From: an uncultured Methanosarcinaceae archaeon
GTDB taxonomy: Archaea; Halobacteriota; Methanosarcinia; Methanosarcinales; Methanosarcinaceae
Assembly: GCA_963847185.1 (NCBI GenBank)
Contig: CAWJYV010000007.1
Location: 192,001-256,000 of the forward strand
Length of the DNA: 64,000 nt
Direction of reading: 5' to 3'
Shown: piece after piece, positions 40,197 through 51,202 of the stretch
Layout of the letters: each line of letters begins with the position of its first letter
Numbering within the stretch: the first letter of the stretch is position 1
Translations under genes and position numbers: made by a program
The notes under the pieces: model-generated
Seen by the model: only the letters and a program-made list of their open reading frames with translations
Database searches by the model: none
What the model was told of the DNA's origin: nothing

Positions 40197-41324
40197 TTAT
40201 TTTCCCTTTATTATCCTTGCAATGTCATCTCCGACATCTGAAGTGGTGCTCTTGCCGCCCATGTCATAGGTTTTGACTTTGCTGTCCAGGATATTTTTCT
40301 GGATTGCATTGACTATAGTATCTGCGGCTTCCTTTTGTCCTAGCTGTTCTATGAGCATGGCACCTGCCCAGATTGTAGCAATAGGGTTGACTTTGTTCTG
40401 GCCCTTGTATTTCGGGGCTGAGCCGTGGATAGGCTCAAACATACTTGTGCCTTTGGGATTGATGTTTCCGCCTGGAGCAAGGCCGAGGCCGCCCTGGATC
40501 ATGGCTCCGAGATCAGTGATTATATCTCCGAACATGTTCGGGGTCACGACAACATCGAACCATTCAGGATTTTTCACAAACCACATAGTAATGGCATCAA
40601 CGAAGTTGAAGTCTGTAGTAACATCTGGATGTTTTGCAGAGACCGCATTGAATTCTTCCCTCCAGAAGCCGTAGATATCAGAAAGGACATTTGCTTTGTC
40701 CACAGAGGAGACGTGCTTTTTCCTTTTTTCGGCAAGGTCAAAAGCGTACTCAACGACTCTTTTTGTGCCTTCTTTGGAGATCAGGCCTATCTGGTACCCT
40801 ATTTCTTCGCTGTCGGTCTCTATATCAAGGCCGAATTTTGCGGAGTAAAGTGTCCTTTTTACTTCAAGGAGGTTTTTGCTCTCTCCTTTCTTTGCTCTGC
40901 CTCCGATTCCTATGTAGAAGTCCTCGGTGTTTTCCCTGACCACTACAAAGTCGATATCCTTTGAGGTTTTGTCTTTGAGCGGGGTCCAGACACCTTCGAG
41001 GAGTTTTATAGGGCGAAGGTTGACGTACTGGTCAAAGTAAAAACGTGCAGTTAATAAGATTCCTTTTTCAAGAATCCCGGGAGCAATCCTCGGGTCTCCG
41101 ATGGAACCAAGGTAAATGGCAGGGTAGCCTGATAATTCCTTTAAGGTCTCTTCTGAAATCAGCTCTCCTGTCTCAAGGTAATGATCTGCTCCGTGGGGGT
41201 ATTCAATCCATTCTACATCAAAACCAAATCTTTCGCCTGCTGCATCTATAACTTTTCTGCCTTCGGCGATGATTTCTGGGCCTATCCCGTCACCTGGGAG
41301 GACCGGAATCTTATACTGCGTCAT
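40197..41324 (-). CDS. leuB: 3-isopropylmalate/isocitrate-family dehydrogenase
   Basis: [43 protein letters not shown]; exact substrate not resolvable. Confidence 0.85.
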   Translation of the reverse strand: MTQYKIPVLPGDGIGPEIIAEGRKVIDAAGERFGFDVEWIEYPHGADHYLETGELISEETLKELSGYPAIYLGSIGDPRIAPGILEKGILLTARFYFDQYVNLRPIKLLEGVWTPLKDKTSKDIDFVVVRENTEDFYIGIGGRAKKGESKNLLEVKRTLYSAKFGLDIETDSEEIGYQIGLISKEGTKRVVEYAFDLAEKRKKHVSSVDKANVLSDIYGFWREEFNAVSAKHPDVTTDFNFVDAITMWFVKNPEWFDVVVTPNMFGDIITDLGAMIQGGLGLAPGGNINPKGTSMFEPIHGSAPKYKGQNKVNPIATIWAGAMLIEQLGQKEAADTIVNAIQKNILDSKVKTYDMGGKSTTSDVGDDIARIIKGK

Positions 41325-41419
41325 GTTTATACTCCTTTCGATTTTTCAGGCAAATTTGCCTTTTTTATTGTGAGATATCAAACGCGAACAGGACTGTTTC
41401 TGAACAGATTTCCTGTTTC

Positions 41420-41908
41420 TCAGCGCTCAGAGACCATTTTCCTGGCATATTCTATAAGTCCTCCAGCATCCACGATCTCACGAACAAAATCAGGAAGCGG
41501 AGTTGCCCGATAGGTCTCTCCTTTTGTTTTGTTTTCAATAATTCCCGTTGCAAGGTCTATTTCAAGTTCATCTCCGTCGTCTATCCTGTCAGTATCAGGA
41601 CATTCCAGGAGAGGAACTCCGATATTTATTGCGTTCCTGAAAAAGATCCTTGCAAAAGACTTTGCGATAACACAGGCTACCTTTGACCCTTTCAGGGCGA
41701 GGGGCGCATGTTCGCGCGAGGATCCACAGCCAAAATTGCTTCCGGCAACCACGATATCATTTTCGTGAACTTTCTTTGCAAATTCAGGGCGTACTCCCTC
41801 AAATGTGTATTTTGCAAGCTCTTCCGGGGTATTGAAAATAAGGTACCTTCCGGGAATTACCGCATCAGTATCCACGTCATTTCCGAATTTCCAGGCTCTT
41901 CCTTTCAT
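41420..41908 (-). CDS. leuD: 3-isopropylmalate dehydratase-type small subunit (LeuD/DmdB/AksE family)
   Basis: [32 protein letters not shown]. Confidence 0.87.
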   Translation of the reverse strand: MKGRAWKFGNDVDTDAVIPGRYLIFNTPEELAKYTFEGVRPEFAKKVHENDIVVAGSNFGCGSSREHAPLALKGSKVACVIAKSFARIFFRNAINIGVPLLECPDTDRIDDGDELEIDLATGIIENKTKGETYRATPLPDFVREIVDAGGLIEYARKMVSER

Positions 41909-42137
41909 AACATCACCACTGGTTTACTGCAACTAAATGCTATTGTTAGAATAATTACAGCCTGTAACTCAGCTGCATTAATAGGGTTGAAGTATCACAG
42001 CTAATATTTAAATTATTTTCTGGCAGGCTATAAAAAATGGTTAACAATTCCCCTCATGGTTACTTCCTAACTCTTATTCTTTACATTTCTCGGAGAAATT
42101 TAAAAATAAGTTCCTTTGTTCGTAGAATTGTTATTTT

Positions 42138-43448
42138 TCACTTTTTTTCTGCTGCATTGGGTTCGAGAAGACCTGGTTCTCCCCCTCCGTGCCAGCTTAT
42201 CCGCGGACGGATGCGTACAAGATGGACAGATTCCGAATGATCATCAACTATCAAAGCAGCTCCTCTTTCGCTCCCCATTTTCTTCAGGTAAGCCTGAATG
42301 CTCTCCTGCATATAAAGAGGACGGGAGCTTTCCAGAGCCAGAATGTCGTCACTTGCGGTAAGGCGGTGGCAGATAAGCATGTCACTCTGGGAGACGACAT
42401 CAGGATGAAGGCTTGCAGGTCTCTGGGTTGCCAGGATCAGAGAAAGGCCAGGCTGCCTGCCCTGTCTGAGACAGCGGTTAATAAGAACTCCGGATGCAAG
42501 ACTCTCGCCTTTTACGGGCAGAAAAATATGAGCTTCATCTATGAAGAGCCAGACAACCGGAAACTCTTCTTCCCCTGTCTTTTCTCCCATAAGCTTCTTT
42601 TCATAGATCCTCCTGGCTTCAAGTCTCTCTTCATAAAGCTTTCCTGCAAGAATCGACACCGTGGCAGCACAGACATTTTCGTTTTCAAGGGTGCTGATGT
42701 CAATGATTGTTGTTTTCCCCCCTGATATGAGTTCTGATAAAGGCGTCCCTTCTTTTGAAAAAAGCCCCCAGGAATTCACTGCCCTGAAATAGTTCTCTGC
42801 TGCCCCTTTCGAAGCCGGGTCCGAGCGAGTATCCTGCAGGACTTCATTAACAATATCTTCCAGAGAATACGCATATCCTCTTTCTCTCAGGGATTCAATA
42901 GTTCTTACAAGCAGAATTCCAAGAGGGGAAACCTCTTCAATTTTAAAAATCCTGCACCACTGGCTCCCTGAAAGTTCCTTGATTGAAATCGAAAACGGCT
43001 TTACATCGATATTCCGCTTCCTGTAAGCCTCAACTTTACCGGCTGGCACTAAAATCTCGGTTTCGATTGCTTCTGAATTGAGCCCCCAGTCCTTCAGCTT
43101 CTGGGCTTCAAAAGTATTCGGATGGCGCATTGTCCAGAAAATTCCCATAGTGTCGATAACAACGGAAGCAAGCCTTTTCTTAATAACTGGCCTGAGAAGG
43201 GAAAGTTCTTCCAGTATGCATCCCATTGTATAAGATTTTCCATATCCCCTTTTTCCGCAGATCAAAATGGCATGAGGTTTCAGGGCATCAAGATAAACAG
43301 CAGATCCTCTGGAATGGTCGAGTGCCATGTAATTTCCAATTGAGAGAAGCCCTTCTCCCGGATTTTCCTCGTTTCCAAGTACACGCAAAGTCACGGGAAC
43401 CTTTCCTCCAAACGCAGACCTGAATTCTTTATTTTCCCCTTTCAACAT
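42138..43448 (-). CDS. HerA/FtsK-like (DUF87) ATPase
   Basis: GKRGYGKS, IDTMG, FIDEAH, RQGRQPG, ATQRP. Confidence 0.85.
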   Translation of the reverse strand: MLKGENKEFRSAFGGKVPVTLRVLGNEENPGEGLLSIGNYMALDHSRGSAVYLDALKPHAILICGKRGYGKSYTMGCILEELSLLRPVIKKRLASVVIDTMGIFWTMRHPNTFEAQKLKDWGLNSEAIETEILVPAGKVEAYRKRNIDVKPFSISIKELSGSQWCRIFKIEEVSPLGILLVRTIESLRERGYAYSLEDIVNEVLQDTRSDPASKGAAENYFRAVNSWGLFSKEGTPLSELISGGKTTIIDISTLENENVCAATVSILAGKLYEERLEARRIYEKKLMGEKTGEEEFPVVWLFIDEAHIFLPVKGESLASGVLINRCLRQGRQPGLSLILATQRPASLHPDVVSQSDMLICHRLTASDDILALESSRPLYMQESIQAYLKKMGSERGAALIVDDHSESVHLVRIRPRISWHGGGEPGLLEPNAAEKK

Positions 43449-43679
43449 CCTGATATTATCGTATTGAACACTATTTAAAATATTTTTTTCAGCATGGATT
43501 TAATAAAAGTTCTGATTTTGAGTTTTTCAGGTTTTGGCATCATTTTTCTCGCTTGTGAGATGATATCGTGAGATAATATTGGAGATAATATCTAAAAAAC
43601 TTCAGGCTCATACAGATAGTCATATAGATATTCAATACTGTCAGTAAAGAGTGTTTATCCACAGGAGAGGTAGGACGCA

Positions 43680-44273
43680 ATGAATATACTGGTAATTCTT
43701 GGGCATCCAAACAAAGGAAGTTTTAATCATGCGATTGCAAATACTGTTGTAGAAACCCTGTCAAATAACGACCACGAAGTCTTTTTTCATGATCTCTATG
43801 ACGAAAACTTTGATCCGGTTATCTCAAGTCAGGAAATCGCTAAAGGCGCCTCTTTAGAAAAAGTTATAGGGGAACACTGCACTGAAATCAGTAAGGCAGA
43901 CGGAATTGTCATAGTTCATCCTAACTGGTGGGGACAACCTCCTGCAATTTTAAAAGGCTGGGTAGATCGAGTAATACGTCCGGGAGTAGCATATGAATTT
44001 AAAGAAGGAGATAATGGGGAAGGGATACCGGTAGGGTTATTGAAAGCAGAAACAGTCCTGGTATTCAATACCTCAAATACTCCGAGAGAAAGGGAAATAC
44101 AGGTATTTGGTGATCCTCTTGAGGTACTCTGGAAAAACTGTATTTTTGATTTTTGCGGAGTAAAAAACTTTTACAGGAGAATGTTTGGAGTTGTGGTTAC
44201 GAGCAAGCTTGAGGAACGCCAAGCCTGGTTAAAAGAAGTGGGAAAAATAGTAGATACGTATTTTCCTGAGTGA
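43680..44273 (+). CDS. Flavodoxin-fold NAD(P)H oxidoreductase
   Basis: GHPNKGSFN, DLY..FDP, HPNWWGQPPAILKGWVDRV. Confidence 0.9.
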   Translation: MNILVILGHPNKGSFNHAIANTVVETLSNNDHEVFFHDLYDENFDPVISSQEIAKGASLEKVIGEHCTEISKADGIVIVHPNWWGQPPAILKGWVDRVIRPGVAYEFKEGDNGEGIPVGLLKAETVLVFNTSNTPREREIQVFGDPLEVLWKNCIFDFCGVKNFYRRMFGVVVTSKLEERQAWLKEVGKIVDTYFPE

Positions 44274-44311
44274 GTGTTTAGTTGCATGAGTAGTGAGCAT
44301 TTAGTTCCTTT

Positions 44312-45244
44312 TTAACCAATTTTCTTTAATTTTTCGAGCGTTCTTTTCACCCCAACTCTGGGATTAAGTTTCAATGCAGTTTCAAAATGTTTTATCGCCT
44401 CGGCATCATTTCCCTGTAAATGGTAAATTTCACCTAAAACCCTGAGAATTTTCGATTTGGTATCTTTGTCAGAAAATCTTTTCAATCCTTTTGTTAGAGG
44501 AGCTACAAGTTCATCATATTCGTGAGGGTCGGTATTTACAGAAAGCTCTTCTTTCAATTCCTTGACAGCTTCAAGAAATTCAATGTCATTTCCGGTACTA
44601 ATGCAATCATGTCTATATAATTTGGAGTCAATGCAAGTCCCTTCAAAAGTGTAACGGTAAACTCTATTCTTATTATGCGTCAAGTACAGGATTTTCTTTT
44701 TAGTGTCAAAGCGATAACTTTTGGGCCAATTAAACTCAGATCCGATTGTTTCAGGCAATCTGTTCCATAATAGTTTTTTATTCTTTAGGTCAAAGAAATA
44801 TAATTTGCAGCTGTTTGATTTACTGGTACTTTCTAAAGCCTGGCAAACGGCAAAATTTCCGTCGTCTGAAATGCCGGTAGAACCTAAATTTGCCTTGCAT
44901 TTTTGCTTAATCAGAGTTTCTCCCTGTGAATTAATTATATGGAATACTCCATACATGCCCTTGGGAGTCAAATCGCTGAGAATAAATACTCCTGAGTTTG
45001 AGATCATCCCATTGTTAGGATTTCTCATTTTAGCTTGAAGTTTTACTTTCCCGCGTTCTAATAAAATGTATCTTCCGTTTTCATTTTGATTTTTCCACGC
45101 CAAAATGAATTTACCGTTTGGTGATTGATGATATTCTCCCGTAAAATCATCAATTGATAGAAAATTACCATTTATCGAATAATTCAATTTGGGAGATTTT
45201 CGAGATTGTTTTGCCCTATTTTTAAAAAAATCAAATAAACCCAT
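44312..45244 (-). CDS. Hypothetical protein, beta-rich N-terminal region plus C-terminal TPR
   Basis: SPNGKF/SDDGNF propeller-like turns; LGEIYHLQG..EAIKHFETALKLNP TPR. Confidence 0.7.
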   Translation of the reverse strand: MGLFDFFKNRAKQSRKSPKLNYSINGNFLSIDDFTGEYHQSPNGKFILAWKNQNENGRYILLERGKVKLQAKMRNPNNGMISNSGVFILSDLTPKGMYGVFHIINSQGETLIKQKCKANLGSTGISDDGNFAVCQALESTSKSNSCKLYFFDLKNKKLLWNRLPETIGSEFNWPKSYRFDTKKKILYLTHNKNRVYRYTFEGTCIDSKLYRHDCISTGNDIEFLEAVKELKEELSVNTDPHEYDELVAPLTKGLKRFSDKDTKSKILRVLGEIYHLQGNDAEAIKHFETALKLNPRVGVKRTLEKLKKIG

Positions 45245-45683
45245 GCTGTAAACACCAAAAACATGTATTTCCTGATTAGGAACCAGTCATCTTGAATAAA
45301 TATCGGAATCTTTAGAGTATTAATTATTTTTGAATCTGATCGGTCTTTAGCTATTTTATTTTTCTTCTAGTTCCTTGACCTTCTCAGAGCATTTTATGAC
45401 TTTATCAAATTATATCTAATCTGATTATATTTAAAACCAATGAGAAGATTAGCATTCTTTTTTTGTTTAAAAAAGTAATTAACTGGTTCTGAAAAACTTA
45501 TTAAAAAATAGAAAAATTAGAGGATTGAATAGAGATTTAATCACGAAAGGTTGAATAGAAATTCAACCCTGAAAAATATAGTACGAAGCTTTTAAAAACT
45601 CAAATACCTTCAAGAATACCTCCCGTTAAGGATATTTCCTGTTAAGGTATTATTTGTTCAATTTATTTACTGCGCATTTTTAC

Positions 45684-46754
45684 TCAGGATATTATCTTGT
45701 CCAGCTGGTTTGTCTGGGCAGCTATCTTGATTTCCCTGGCTATCCTTCTTCCAGTAGAGAGGTTTTCCTCTATCAAATCAGCATAAGGGGAACCTGAAAT
45801 GTAAAGGTTTGTTCCTGCCACGATCCTGGCTGAAATCTCAAATACTTTGATTTCCAGTTCATCCGTAAACACGGTTTCAAGGCAGAAAGCCCCTATCATA
45901 CCGCCAAAAAGACCCAGAGACTCTTCAACTACCCTTTCTCCAAGAGAAAAGATCAGAGGCAGGAGTGATTCTCTTGCTATCAGAGGCACGTTTCCTGTGA
46001 CTACATATGTCGGACGGATGCCAGCTTCTATGAGTTCCCTTGGGGAACCAAGCCTGAAGATTTCATCGGCATTGGACTCTACCCTGCGGTCCATGCTCAG
46101 GAGTTCAAGACTTCCTTCGCTTAGTGTGTATCCTTCGTTTCGTATAGGAGAGTAGAAGTAATGCAGGTAATAACGGGTTCCTGTGATGAATTCCTGGATT
46201 GTAAACTTTTGATCCCTATCCACGAGTTCTTCGAATTCTTCATAGGTTTTTGCAACGAAGAAACCTTTTCCTCCTCTTGCTCCGTCATACTTGACCATTA
46301 CAGGTCCTTTGATATCACGAGGGTCATCGATTTTTCCAGGCATGTGAATACCTGCGCCAAGCAGCCATTCACGTTCTTTATCTCTGTCCGATTCCCATTC
46401 GAGCACATCCCGGTTCCCAAAAGTAGGGACTGCCATATCTGCAAAATTTTCCGTGCCGAGGTAAGCAACAAATGAACCATGAGGAATAATAATAGCATTC
46501 TTCTCTTTAAGTTCTTCAACCTTATTCATTATATCTTCATAACTATCAACAACAAGGTACTCATCGGGTTTTGCTTTGGGAAATGCTTCATAGAATTTTG
46601 GGGGTTTGCCAACGCATATCCCCAGAGTTCTGAAGCCTTCTTTCCGTGCTCCATCAAAGATTTGAAGGCTTGAATGAGAACAAATTGTTGCAATAGTAAT
46701 GTTTTCTAAATCATAATTTTTAAGAAGTTCCAGAACCTGCTGTTTTGTTATCAT
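45684..46754 (-). CDS. purP: FAICAR synthetase (PurP, ATP-grasp)
   Basis: SHSSLQIFDGA..EGF, IPHGSF, GGKGFF, FEISARIVAGTN. Confidence 0.92.
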   Translation of the reverse strand: MITKQQVLELLKNYDLENITIATICSHSSLQIFDGARKEGFRTLGICVGKPPKFYEAFPKAKPDEYLVVDSYEDIMNKVEELKEKNAIIIPHGSFVAYLGTENFADMAVPTFGNRDVLEWESDRDKEREWLLGAGIHMPGKIDDPRDIKGPVMVKYDGARGGKGFFVAKTYEEFEELVDRDQKFTIQEFITGTRYYLHYFYSPIRNEGYTLSEGSLELLSMDRRVESNADEIFRLGSPRELIEAGIRPTYVVTGNVPLIARESLLPLIFSLGERVVEESLGLFGGMIGAFCLETVFTDELEIKVFEISARIVAGTNLYISGSPYADLIEENLSTGRRIAREIKIAAQTNQLDKIIS

Positions 46755-46945
46755 GATTGCTACCAGCGGAAAATTTAGATTAGAATATACAATGTTATAT
46801 TTAAGGTTAAGGACTGGATTCTATATATAAATATAGTAGCGCATGTATATTTAACCTTAAAAAAATAAAACTTTATACTAAGATATGTGTAAACTAAAGC
46901 AAAGAGTAAGAGTAAAAAAGCAGATTATTGATTCAGGAAGTAAGC

Positions 46946-47884
46946 ATGAAAGAGTTTGAAGATCGAGAAGGTTTATCGGAAGCTCAAAAAAGCTTATCAG
47001 AAGCTGGCGCCCCTCTTAAGAGGCCTGAAAGTCTCGAGCAGGAAGATAAGGTACTTTTTTTGCCTGTAAACGGGGATTCAAGAAAAATCACCCAGATCCT
47101 TTCCAATGAAACATCACTCAAGATTCTTGAACTTCTGGGTAAGAAAGGGATGTCTGCAACCGATATTGCAGCGGAGCTGAATTTACCCCTGACCACTGTC
47201 AAGTATAATCTTGATTCTCTGGCTGAATCCGATCTTATTAAGGTCAAACAGATAAAATGGAGTAAAAAAGGCCGTCAGGTAAAAATCTATGAATCAGTAG
47301 AAAAGTTAATTGTTCTTGTCCCTTCAAAGAGCTCTTTAGATAAGCTCTCCATCATAAACATACTTCAGAAGTATCTCGGCGTAATAGGGGCAGCCGTCTT
47401 TGCAGCTGCAGGAATAGAGTATTTTTCAGCCTATATGCAGGCAAAAATAATCGTTGATGCGACTGCACCATTGAGAATGGGGGTAATGAACAATACTTCA
47501 GATATACTTCCTGAGACAACGGTTATGGGAATTAACGAGAGCGACAACATGAGCCCGAAAGTGGCTCTTGACCAGCAGATTCCCGAAAATGAGACTATGA
47601 TTGTACATTCTGAAATTCTAGAGGCTGGGACAGGAAATGCCTCCTCTACGCTGGAATCCAGTCCGGTTCAGGGTGCTGCTGATACCTATGTTGCCACCTC
47701 GAATGTTTCGAATTCAACTCAGATACCTGTAGTTCCTCCAGAAGGGCTCTCTCATGCAGGTGGAATTCATGGAATCTATGATGCTCTTTCCCTTCACCCT
47801 GGAGTCTGGTTCCTTTTCGGGTGTATTTTTATAGTATTTCTGATGATTGTAAGAGAAGTCTATTATAAGAAAAAATCTAACTAA
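46946..47884 (+). CDS. Membrane-anchored ArsR-family HTH regulator
   Basis: LSNETSLKILELL, SATDIA..LNLPLTTVKYNL, WSKKGR; two TM helices flanking a Ser/Thr-rich loop. Confidence 0.82.
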   Translation: MKEFEDREGLSEAQKSLSEAGAPLKRPESLEQEDKVLFLPVNGDSRKITQILSNETSLKILELLGKKGMSATDIAAELNLPLTTVKYNLDSLAESDLIKVKQIKWSKKGRQVKIYESVEKLIVLVPSKSSLDKLSIINILQKYLGVIGAAVFAAAGIEYFSAYMQAKIIVDATAPLRMGVMNNTSDILPETTVMGINESDNMSPKVALDQQIPENETMIVHSEILEAGTGNASSTLESSPVQGAADTYVATSNVSNSTQIPVVPPEGLSHAGGIHGIYDALSLHPGVWFLFGCIFIVFLMIVREVYYKKKSN

Positions 47885-47896
47885 ACAGAGATTGGT

Positions 47897-48706
47897 ATGA
47901 GAGTCGCTTTAAAGCTTGCATATATAGGCACTGAGTTTCACGGCTCCCAGATCCAGCCCAATGTTGTGACCGTGGAAGGAGAACTCTTCAAGGCTCTTCG
48001 GAATCTCGGGATCATAGAAAGCCCCAAGTCTGCTAATTATACCTGTGCCGGCAGGACCGATGCGGGGGTTCATGCCCTTGAGCAGGTTGTTGCTTTTGAT
48101 ACTGACAAATCTAACCTGGCAATTCCCAGGATTATAAACTCCGAACTTCCCCCAACTATCTGGACCTGGGCCCACGCGGAGGTACCCCGCGATTTTGACG
48201 CTAGAAGAAATGCAGTTTCAAGACACTACCACTATGTCATGACCGGGGAAGGATACGATATCTCCAGAATCCGGGAAGCTTCAAAATTGCTTATCGGGAC
48301 CCATGATTTCGAAAATCTTTCGAGAACCAATGGAGACAAAAGTACAGTTAGAACCATAGAAAGCATCAACGTCCGCGTAGATGGTGAGCTTACTAAAATC
48401 GACGTGGTTGGAGATAGTTTCCTCTGGAATATGGTCAGGAAAATAGTAACCGCACTTTCTATGATAGGAAGAGGGGTACGTGATAAGGACTGGCTGCTCC
48501 AGATGCTGAATCCGGATATCTATGAAGAAGGAATCGAACCTGCTCCTGCCTATGGATTAACCCTTTTAAAAGTAAACTATGAAGAGGAAATAGGGTGGAT
48601 TGAAGATAATTATTCTATCAGGAGAGCAGCTGAGTATAATCAGAAACGTATTCTAAGACACAGAGTTATGGCCGAGGTTCTGGAAGAACTGGCATTTCAG
48701 GAGTAA
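47897..48706 (+). CDS. truA: tRNA pseudouridine(38-40) synthase
   Basis: YIGTEFHGSQIQP, AGRTDAGVHA, GTHDF, FLWNMVR, APAYGL. Confidence 0.96.
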   Translation: MRVALKLAYIGTEFHGSQIQPNVVTVEGELFKALRNLGIIESPKSANYTCAGRTDAGVHALEQVVAFDTDKSNLAIPRIINSELPPTIWTWAHAEVPRDFDARRNAVSRHYHYVMTGEGYDISRIREASKLLIGTHDFENLSRTNGDKSTVRTIESINVRVDGELTKIDVVGDSFLWNMVRKIVTALSMIGRGVRDKDWLLQMLNPDIYEEGIEPAPAYGLTLLKVNYEEEIGWIEDNYSIRRAAEYNQKRILRHRVMAEVLEELAFQE

Positions 48707-48745
48707 GAAATACCCTATAAGGGTATTTCACTTGCTTTTATTTTG
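48707..48745 (+). terminator. Hairpin immediately after truA
   Basis: GAAATACCCT/AGGGTATTTC 10-bp stem, then T-rich tract. Confidence 0.55.
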
Positions 48746-48799
48746 ATATTGGTCTTGTATCCTGATATTGTTTTTATATTTTGATAGTGTTTTCACTTC

Positions 48800-49843
48800 T
48801 CATTCCCTTTTCTGAAAAATAGTTATTGTCCTTGTAAGGCTTCTGTGCACTCTCTGCACATAAATCTCAAGAACCTCAAGTCCTGCCTTTTTTCCGTATT
48901 CTAATGCGGGTTTGTCCGAAACTACAATTGCAATGCCACCTGGTTTCAGAACACGCTGGATTTCTTCAAGTGCACAGGAGTAAAGTTTCTCCAGGGATTC
49001 CGCGAGGATTGCTGCAGACCTGCCGTAGGGTGGGTCAGTGACAACAGCATCTATTGTGGCATCCTTAAGCGGGACCCTGCAGGCGTCCCCCTCCATCAGG
49101 GCATAGTCCAGTTCAAAGGCCTCAAGGTTCATGCGGGCGCCAAGAACAAGTTTTTCCTGAGCATCTATTCCTACCACTCTTGCTCCTACAATCCCTGCCT
49201 CAATTAGTATCCCGGCTGTTCCGCAGAAGGGATCCAGAAAGAGTTCTCCTGGTTTTATACCTGAGAGGTTTGTAAGCGCCCGTGCAATCCTGGGCATAAG
49301 GACTCCAGGATAGAAAAAAGGTTTATTCTGAGGGGTTCTGGTTTCGTATGCGCTTCTGTCGATAGAGGACAGAATAGTTCCCAACACGGCCTTTTCGCTG
49401 AGAATCAAACGGAATTCCACATCAGGGTTTTTCAGGTTTGCCCGGAAACCCTTTCTGTAGATGCATCCTCCTATTTTCTGTTCCAGAACCTCTCCCGGAA
49501 AATCAACGTGATGCTTAATCCTTTTTGCTCTAACCACAAAACTTTGCCCTTCTTTTATATAGCCTGAGGGCTCAAAGGCCTCTGCAAGTTTCAGGGCTGC
49601 ATCCTGGGAGTTTTCGGCAATCCCTACAACTTTCAGGATATGGTGGGTCATTGCCAGCCTCTCAGGTATGGAACCTTTAAGGGTTTTTTCCACATCCTCT
49701 TCTTTACCTGTAATATCCACTACCAGGCACTGGTCAAATCTTGTATGGGGCTGAAAATTAAGTCCCTCTATTTTGAGACAGGCAAGAACTTCGGCAGCAG
49801 GTAGTTCTTCATGTTCTCCTGACAGTTCAAAAGCGTATAACAT
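48800..49843 (-). CDS. THUMP-domain tRNA m2G10 methyltransferase (Trm11/TIGR01177 type)
   Basis: NLKNPD THUMP, PRIARALTNL, DPFCGTAG, TDPPYGRS. Confidence 0.9.
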   Translation of the reverse strand: MLYAFELSGEHEELPAAEVLACLKIEGLNFQPHTRFDQCLVVDITGKEEDVEKTLKGSIPERLAMTHHILKVVGIAENSQDAALKLAEAFEPSGYIKEGQSFVVRAKRIKHHVDFPGEVLEQKIGGCIYRKGFRANLKNPDVEFRLILSEKAVLGTILSSIDRSAYETRTPQNKPFFYPGVLMPRIARALTNLSGIKPGELFLDPFCGTAGILIEAGIVGARVVGIDAQEKLVLGARMNLEAFELDYALMEGDACRVPLKDATIDAVVTDPPYGRSAAILAESLEKLYSCALEEIQRVLKPGGIAIVVSDKPALEYGKKAGLEVLEIYVQRVHRSLTRTITIFQKRE

Positions 49844-49999
49844 GGATGATCCGAAATTAAGTAAAAATATTTATTCAATGAAATTCAGTGGAAGTATCTA
49901 TTCAGTGAGAATCTCTCAATAATTAGTTGATTTCCCTGAAATAATTCTCTGAATATGTCTCTTTAAAAGTGATTCTAAACAGCTTTAAGTACTTTTTCC

Positions 50000-50287
50000 T
50001 TAAAACATCTTTTCCAGGGCTTCTCTTCCAGTCATTCCAGGCTCAATCCCCAGTTTTCTGGCCAGTTCAGTTACTTCGGCAACAGAAGCTTTGAGCATGT
50101 CTTCAAGACTCTTAACCCCTTTTACTTTCGCTGCCGTATCGCCAAGTGTCTCTGCGGCGTTTACATTCAGGTAGCCGCACATCAGAAATCCTTTCTCTGC
50201 CCTTATAACCAGAAGGGGATATTTCTGCATCTCAAAACGGAGGCCAAGGGCACATCCGTTTTCGAGTTGAATTTGTTCAATGAGCAT
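50000..50287 (-). CDS. YunC/DUF1805 family protein
   Basis: KGFLMCGYLN, AAKVKGV, LGIEPGMTGREAL. Confidence 0.88.
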   Translation of the reverse strand: MLIEQIQLENGCALGLRFEMQKYPLLVIRAEKGFLMCGYLNVNAAETLGDTAAKVKGVKSLEDMLKASVAEVTELARKLGIEPGMTGREALEKMF

Positions 50288-50328
50288 GTTTTTCTGAATG
50301 AGCCTCAAGCCAGATTAACTTTTTGGAC

Positions 50329-51144
50329 TCAGGTGAAACTGTGTAAAAAATTCGTTAGGAAACTTAATGATTCCCGGATATCTACCGGATCTTCATCAGT
50401 TCCGGTTTTGTTTTCTTTGTTCATGCTCGTGTTTTCTATGTTCTTTTCTTCTTTTTCCTTCATACTCTGCAGCTGTGCTTTAAAACTCTCGTTTTCCGAA
50501 AGCCAGATGGTTATATTTTTTTCAGATGGAAAGCTGCCTTTGAGGACAGTAAGGTTATTTTTAAACTCAATTGTTTTATTGTCCAGACCCTCAGTTTTTG
50601 CTGCATCAAAACCTGCAGGCAGGGTTATGGACACATCCGATTTTGGAGTACCCATGAACCAGATTTTCGTACCTGAACTGAGCTCTTTTTTAAAACTGTA
50701 ACTGACAAGAGCAGAATTAATAATTGATGAGTTTTTTTCAGTTTTTCCCAGAGCTTCTTTAGGGATCCAATAATCGATTTCTTCAACTTTAACATCTTCT
50801 GGAGTCCCATTAAGCTTTACATCGGGTTTGTTTTTTATAGATTCTTCCATTTTGTCTCTGAGGAACATCTCTGATTTCAGAATTTCCCACGCATTGACAA
50901 AATTATCATGGTTGCCTTTTTGCAGATCCATAAATTCTCTGAAGAAAACGGCTTCATTTTCTGTACTTGTTTCCTGATATCCCCAGGTCATTCCGTTCCT
51001 TTCCAGTGTAACATTATTGCTGGGAGAAAAGGCAGCAGAACAGGGTTCTGTGAAAAGGGGCATAAGAAGAATCGCTGATATAAACCAGGTTATAAAAAAA
51101 TAATGTAACTTCAAGGTTTTCAACTCTTTTCTATAAGGTCTCAA
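50329..51144 (-). CDS. Hypothetical exported protein
   Basis: N-terminal hydrophobic signal, 271 aa, co-oriented in the pepQ-map cluster. Confidence 0.75.
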   Translation of the reverse strand: MRPYRKELKTLKLHYFFITWFISAILLMPLFTEPCSAAFSPSNNVTLERNGMTWGYQETSTENEAVFFREFMDLQKGNHDNFVNAWEILKSEMFLRDKMEESIKNKPDVKLNGTPEDVKVEEIDYWIPKEALGKTEKNSSIINSALVSYSFKKELSSGTKIWFMGTPKSDVSITLPAGFDAAKTEGLDNKTIEFKNNLTVLKGSFPSEKNITIWLSENESFKAQLQSMKEKEEKNIENTSMNKENKTGTDEDPVDIRESLSFLTNFLHSFT

Positions 51145-51202
51145 CTCTTTTCTGTTTTACTTTTTCAACCTTCTATTTTTAGTTTTCTTCTCTATCCCTG
51201 GT

